Shown in pieces: positions 59,729-64,000 of a stretch of 64,000 bases of DNA. Source of the DNA: Candidatus Eiseniibacteriota bacterium (GTDB lineage Bacteria > Eisenbacteria > RBG-16-71-46 > JABDJR01). The notes below the pieces were generated by a model. The model was not told the origin of the DNA. It saw only the letters and a list, made by a program, of their open reading frames with translations, and ran no database searches. The translations under genes were made by a program, and so were the position numbers. Location: NCBI GenBank assembly GCA_963783375.1, contig CAWANH010000029.1, positions 992,001 to 1,056,000 on the forward strand. Reading direction: 5' to 3'. Every line of letters starts with the position of its first letter. The first letter of the stretch is position 1.

Positions 59729-59793
59729 GTTGCACCTCCGAGGTTTCGGTCGTTGGTCCTGCTCTGGGGATGGGAGGCCGAACCGAGCCCAAG

Positions 59794-59823
59794 ACGTTAG
59801 CAGAGCGGAGCTTAGGGAGTCAA
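59794..59823 (-). promoter_or_regulatory. Promoter upstream of rfbA
   Basis: TTGACT-18nt-TAACGT with an extended TGn motif. Confidence 0.55.
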
Positions 59824-59907
59824 CGCACGGCCGGGAACCGGGGCCGCGCCAGGTCCGGCCGGAAGACCCGATCGGTCGCGGATCCCCGGACGGCCCGCGT
59901 CCCCCGG

Positions 59908-62568
<2,661 letters not shown>

Positions 62569-62670
62569 GGTCTCCTCTCTCCCCGCCCGGGAGTGGGGTT
62601 CCGGTCGCGCCACGGGGGGTCGCATAAAGCGTTTGAGTATACCAGCCCGGCCCCGGTTCCCGGCGGGCGG

Positions 62671-64000
62671 TCAGTACTGGCGGGCCACGAAGACGAGGGT
62701 GAGGTTGAGCTGGGAAAGCTCCATGGTGGTTCCCGCCTCCCCCTGGGCCACGATGTAGAACGAGTTGGCTCCCGCCGCGACCGGGAAGAGGCGCTGGGAG
62801 ACCATCGGCGCGCACTGGCGAACCGAGTTGAACCCGTAGATCCGGTATTCCGTCTTGGCCAGGGAGTCGAGGGTGTTGTTCTCCGCCGAGACCGAGAACT
62901 GGAGCGGATGCTCCAGGCCGGACCCCGACGCTTCGATGCAGGCCTGGCCGCTCCCCACCGCCATGACCCATCCCGCCGCGGGACAGGTGATGGTCTTGGT
63001 GACTACGGACAGGGCCTGGTCGGTGAGGCTCCGGACGTCGGGATCCCCCAGGTACGCCACCCCCGGCCCGTCCATGAAATCCGCGGCCCGGAGCGAGCCA
63101 TCCTTCACCCGGGAGCCGGTGACCGCGTCCGGCGCGAGCCGGGTGGAGTCCACCGCGCCCGGGGCCAGGTCGACGCCGGTCAGGCTACCGTCGGACACGT
63201 TGACCCCGGTCACCGCGCCCACCGCGAGGTCGGCCGAGCCCACCGACCCGCTGGCCAGATCGGCTCCGGTGAGGGAACCGTCCTGGATGTGGGCGCCGGT
63301 GATCCCCTCGGGAGGAAGCCGGGACGGATCCAGGGTTCCGGCGGTGAGTTCCGAGGCGTTCACCGTCTTGGTGTGATGGGCGCTGGGATTGCCGGCGTGG
63401 CCGGCCAGGTCGGCGTCGGTGGCATAGACCGGGTGCGGATCGGGGGCGTTCACGTGGGCTTCGAGATCGGTGTCGAGGGCGTACTGGGGATGATCGTCGT
63501 CCAGAAGCCCGGTCAGCTGGCCGTGGTCGGTCACCCCCGCCCCCCGGTTGTCGATCTGGTCGGCGAACCCGGAAGGCACGTCGGTGAGGTTGAACCAGCT
63601 CACCAGGTTCTTTCCGGTGTTGGGGCCCAGGCTGTCGCTCTGGACCAGGTCGGTGCGGAGCGCGTACTGGGGATGATCGTCGTCCAGAAGTCCGGTCAGC
63701 TGGCCGTGGTCGCTCACCCCCTGGTCCTTCCCGTCGGCGAAACCGTCCGGTACGCCGGTCAGGTTGTTCCAGTGGACCCGGTTCGAGCCCTGGTTGGGCG
63801 GGTTCCCGTCGTTCACCGAGAGCGCGACCACCGCCCCCTTGGGTTCGAAGTCCGCCGGGGTTTTCCCCTGGAGAGACTCGGCCTGGAGGGCGAAGGGCAC
63901 GCTGGTCACCACCAGGCGCGGGAGGAGCTCGGCCCCGTCGTTCACGGTGATTCCCAGGTAGCGCGATTCCGCGGTGAAGGCGTCGGCGGAGAAGCTCACC
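62671..64000 (-). CDS. Tail-fibre-like / repeat-rich putative surface protein, 5'-partial
   Basis: YLGITV...EL.PR....SVPFA, duplicated W.NLT.VP.GFAD..D and DHGQLTGLLDDDHPQYAL, 10-residue repeats (e.g. DGSLTGADLA), C-terminal beta-sandwich-like domain. Confidence 0.7.
   Translation of the reverse strand, partial: VSFSADAFTAESRYLGITVNDGAELLPRLVVTSVPFALQAESLQGKTPADFEPKGAVVALSVNDGNPPNQGSNRVHWNNLTGVPDGFADGKDQGVSDHGQLTGLLDDDHPQYALRTDLVQSDSLGPNTGKNLVSWFNLTDVPSGFADQIDNRGAGVTDHGQLTGLLDDDHPQYALDTDLEAHVNAPDPHPVYATDADLAGHAGNPSAHHTKTVNASELTAGTLDPSRLPPEGITGAHIQDGSLTGADLASGSVGSADLAVGAVTGVNVSDGSLTGVDLAPGAVDSTRLAPDAVTGSRVKDGSLRAADFMDGPGVAYLGDPDVRSLTDQALSVVTKTITCPAAGWVMAVGSGQACIEASGSGLEHPLQFSVSAENNTLDSLAKTEYRIYGFNSVRQCAPMVSQRLFPVAAGANSFYIVAQGEAGTTMELSQLNLTLVFVARQY
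63479..63720. repeat. 59-bp direct repeat with 183-bp period inside the repeat protein
   Basis: 63479-63537 and 63662-63720 differ at 2 positions. Confidence 0.85.

Noticed and set aside
63479-63720. Direct repeat as a CRISPR array or att site
   Set aside because: Only two in-frame copies inside a CDS, with no cas or integrase genes nearby.

Overview
GC-rich bacterial chromosomal window made mostly of housekeeping and cell-envelope genes. A diderm, FCB-related candidate-phylum lineage is inferred from the FlgD-Ig-tailed secreted protein, the Bacteroidetes-type GlmU-like gene and the ispE-spoVG-prs-rplY-pth order; this was not tested. Left to right: a partial outer-membrane beta-barrel, an isocitrate/isopropylmalate dehydrogenase, pruA, an 11-kb surface-glycan cluster (GT2, asnB, heparinase II/III-like, O-antigen ligase-like, GT2, methyltransferase, flippase-like, GT-C), groES-groEL, an aminotransferase, rpiA-MFS-GT-C, rsgA and rlmD, nrdR-tatC-coaX, a heavily frameshifted FG-GAP/FlgD-Ig protein, a degenerate PilB-like gene coupled to pilT, an HD-GYP protein, selA-smc-ftsY, and a 17-kb minus-strand run (repeat protein, alaS, rfbA, rfbD, gmhA, UbiA-like, ispE, spoVG, prs, rplY, pth, hppA, rpsF, rpsR, rplI, PPIase, DUF151). 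By eye I found no tRNA, rRNA, CRISPR array or mobile element. Best leads: (1) two tandem pairs of NrdR-box-like palindromes, each 31 bp apart, over the nrdR-tatC-coaX and selA-smc-ftsY promoters; (2) an SD-led 14-aa leader peptide and hairpin array upstream of rsgA; (3) an MshEN-bearing PilB pseudo-ATPase translationally coupled to pilT; (4) an apparent ATC start codon for rfbA; (5) a polyprenyl-phosphate phosphoribosyltransferase gene sitting beside genes for its precursors. All calls come from motif recognition by hand; no searches were run.
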